Source of the DNA: Candidatus Micrarchaeota archaeon
GTDB taxonomy: Archaea > Micrarchaeota > Micrarchaeia > Norongarragalinales > SBBD01
NCBI GenBank assembly: GCA_043806595.1
Contig: JAZDGU010000048.1
Coordinates: 1 to 15,976, forward strand
DNA: 15,976 nucleotides
Reading direction: 5' to 3'
The position numbers and the translations under genes are program-made. Of this stretch, positions 15,077 through 15,976 are shown one piece after another; positions within the stretch are counted from its first letter, which is position 1; every line of letters begins with the position of its first letter. The notes beneath the pieces are model-generated. The model was not told the origin of the DNA, searched no databases, and worked only from the letters and a program-made list of their open reading frames with translations.

Positions 15077-15790
15077 CTACCCGCCCGCGATTCCGAAATA
15101 GAGCAGCGCAAGCGAGATGATTGCGAGGATGCCCGCGCCGGCCTTGAACCACAGCTCGTGCGACTTCCTCTCGGCCTTCAGGGACTCCTCGCTCCTGCAG
15201 CTGACGACGAACGGCCGCTCGTCGGGGGGCCGAACCAGCTGCAGGGAATTGTCCTCGTTGTGGCGGATGAGGCCCAACGCGTAGACCTGCTGGCCGACTG
15301 GGATGCACTTCTCGGTGTAGCGCATTGGCTGGTTCCCGAAGGAAAGATTCACCCCCATTACGTTGCCGGAAACCGCGGGATTGTTCTCGACGGCCTCGAA
15401 GGACTTCAAGGCGTCGACGTCCTTCGCCCCGGACAGGTCCATCAGCACCTTCCCGGTGCCGTCGTCGATGAAGAACGGCACGCCTTCCGCGCTGTCGGAA
15501 ACCGTCACCCAGCTGTAGCTGGTGCCGTTCTTGGTGTGCTGCGCCTCACGGCGCTCGACGGTGAAACGGTAGTATAAGCAGTCCTTGCCGGACTTGGGGG
15601 CCTTGAGGGACGCACCCGACGGCACCGCCTTGCCGGTAAGTTCCGCCATGACTCCGTGCGAGACCGCATTGCACGAGGCGTTCATGCGCTGCATGTATGC
15701 GAGCTCCTTCTGGATGCGCAGCGCCCGCCAAAGGAGGAACGCCGAGACCGCGCCGGTCAGACCGCCGCCGATGATGAACGGAATCTGCAT
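15077..15790 (-). CDS. GIDE-domain membrane protein (prokaryotic relative of the MUL1/SP1 GIDE domain)
   Basis: N- and C-terminal TM helices; LKAPKSGKDCLYYRFTVE, W..V.....VPFFIDDGTGKV, RYTEKCIPVGQQVYALG, PFVVS. Confidence 0.8.
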   Translation of the reverse strand: MQIPFIIGGGLTGAVSAFLLWRALRIQKELAYMQRMNASCNAVSHGVMAELTGKAVPSGASLKAPKSGKDCLYYRFTVERREAQHTKNGTSYSWVTVSDSAEGVPFFIDDGTGKVLMDLSGAKDVDALKSFEAVENNPAVSGNVMGVNLSFGNQPMRYTEKCIPVGQQVYALGLIRHNEDNSLQLVRPPDERPFVVSCRSEESLKAERKSHELWFKAGAGILAIISLALLYFGIAGG

Positions 15791-15836
15791 GTGAAAGCAC
15801 CCGAAGGGCTTGCGCTGGGACGGAATAAAAACGGAT

Positions 15837-15976
15837 GTATCGGTTTAGTTTTGTAGGCGGTTTTGCGCCATTTCCTGCATGAAATCGGTAAAGTTTTCTT
15901 CCCGCAACCTTGCCGTTTGAAAGAAACTCATCAACACGGAAGTCGTTTGCGCTCCTCGGTCGGACTGGCTTCCGAA
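15837..15976 (-). mobile_element. Right end of a second copy of the IS66-like element (transposase 3' fragment 15845-15976)
   Basis: Exact reverse complement of 1-140, checked base by base. Confidence 0.75.

Noticed and set aside
1..15976. Linear virus, plasmid, casposon or Borg-like element with terminal inverted repeats
   Set aside because: The repeats cut through a transposase reading frame at the window edges, the cargo is housekeeping (SRP RNA, tRNA, purD, elp3), and no polymerase, capsid or casposase is present. An assembly break at IS copies is simpler.
1..15976. CRISPR array, tandem repeats or rRNA
   Set aside because: No regularly spaced direct repeats or rRNA-like segments seen; intergenic gaps are short and accounted for

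Overview
GC-rich archaeal chromosomal segment. The archaeal origin rests on a BHB tRNA intron, TATA-type promoters, a 7S SRP RNA and archaeal-type Elp3/Lhr/MPE; a DPANN/Micrarchaeota-like affiliation is only an inference. Both ends are the same 140-141 bp in inverted orientation: the 3' end of an IS66-like transposase plus its terminal repeat, most simply a contig broken at two IS copies. Between them lie an elp3-hypothetical-hypothetical-purD operon, a small membrane protein, an intron-containing tRNA-Thr(UGU) with non-canonical D/T loops, a CDGSH Fe-S protein, a translationally coupled lhr / LMW-PTP(ArsC)-like / metallophosphoesterase trio, an orphan CpaF/VirB11-like ATPase, two hypotheticals, an SRP RNA that appears to lack helix 6, a variant ornithine carbamoyltransferase, a short NFACT-R (Rqc2-like) protein, a degenerate CYTH-like protein and a GIDE-domain membrane protein. 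The most notable items are the helix-6-less SRP RNA, the A18/G55 tRNA with a structured intron, and the phosphatase-like gene inserted in the Lhr-MPE pair. All family calls come from motif recognition by eye, not database searches.
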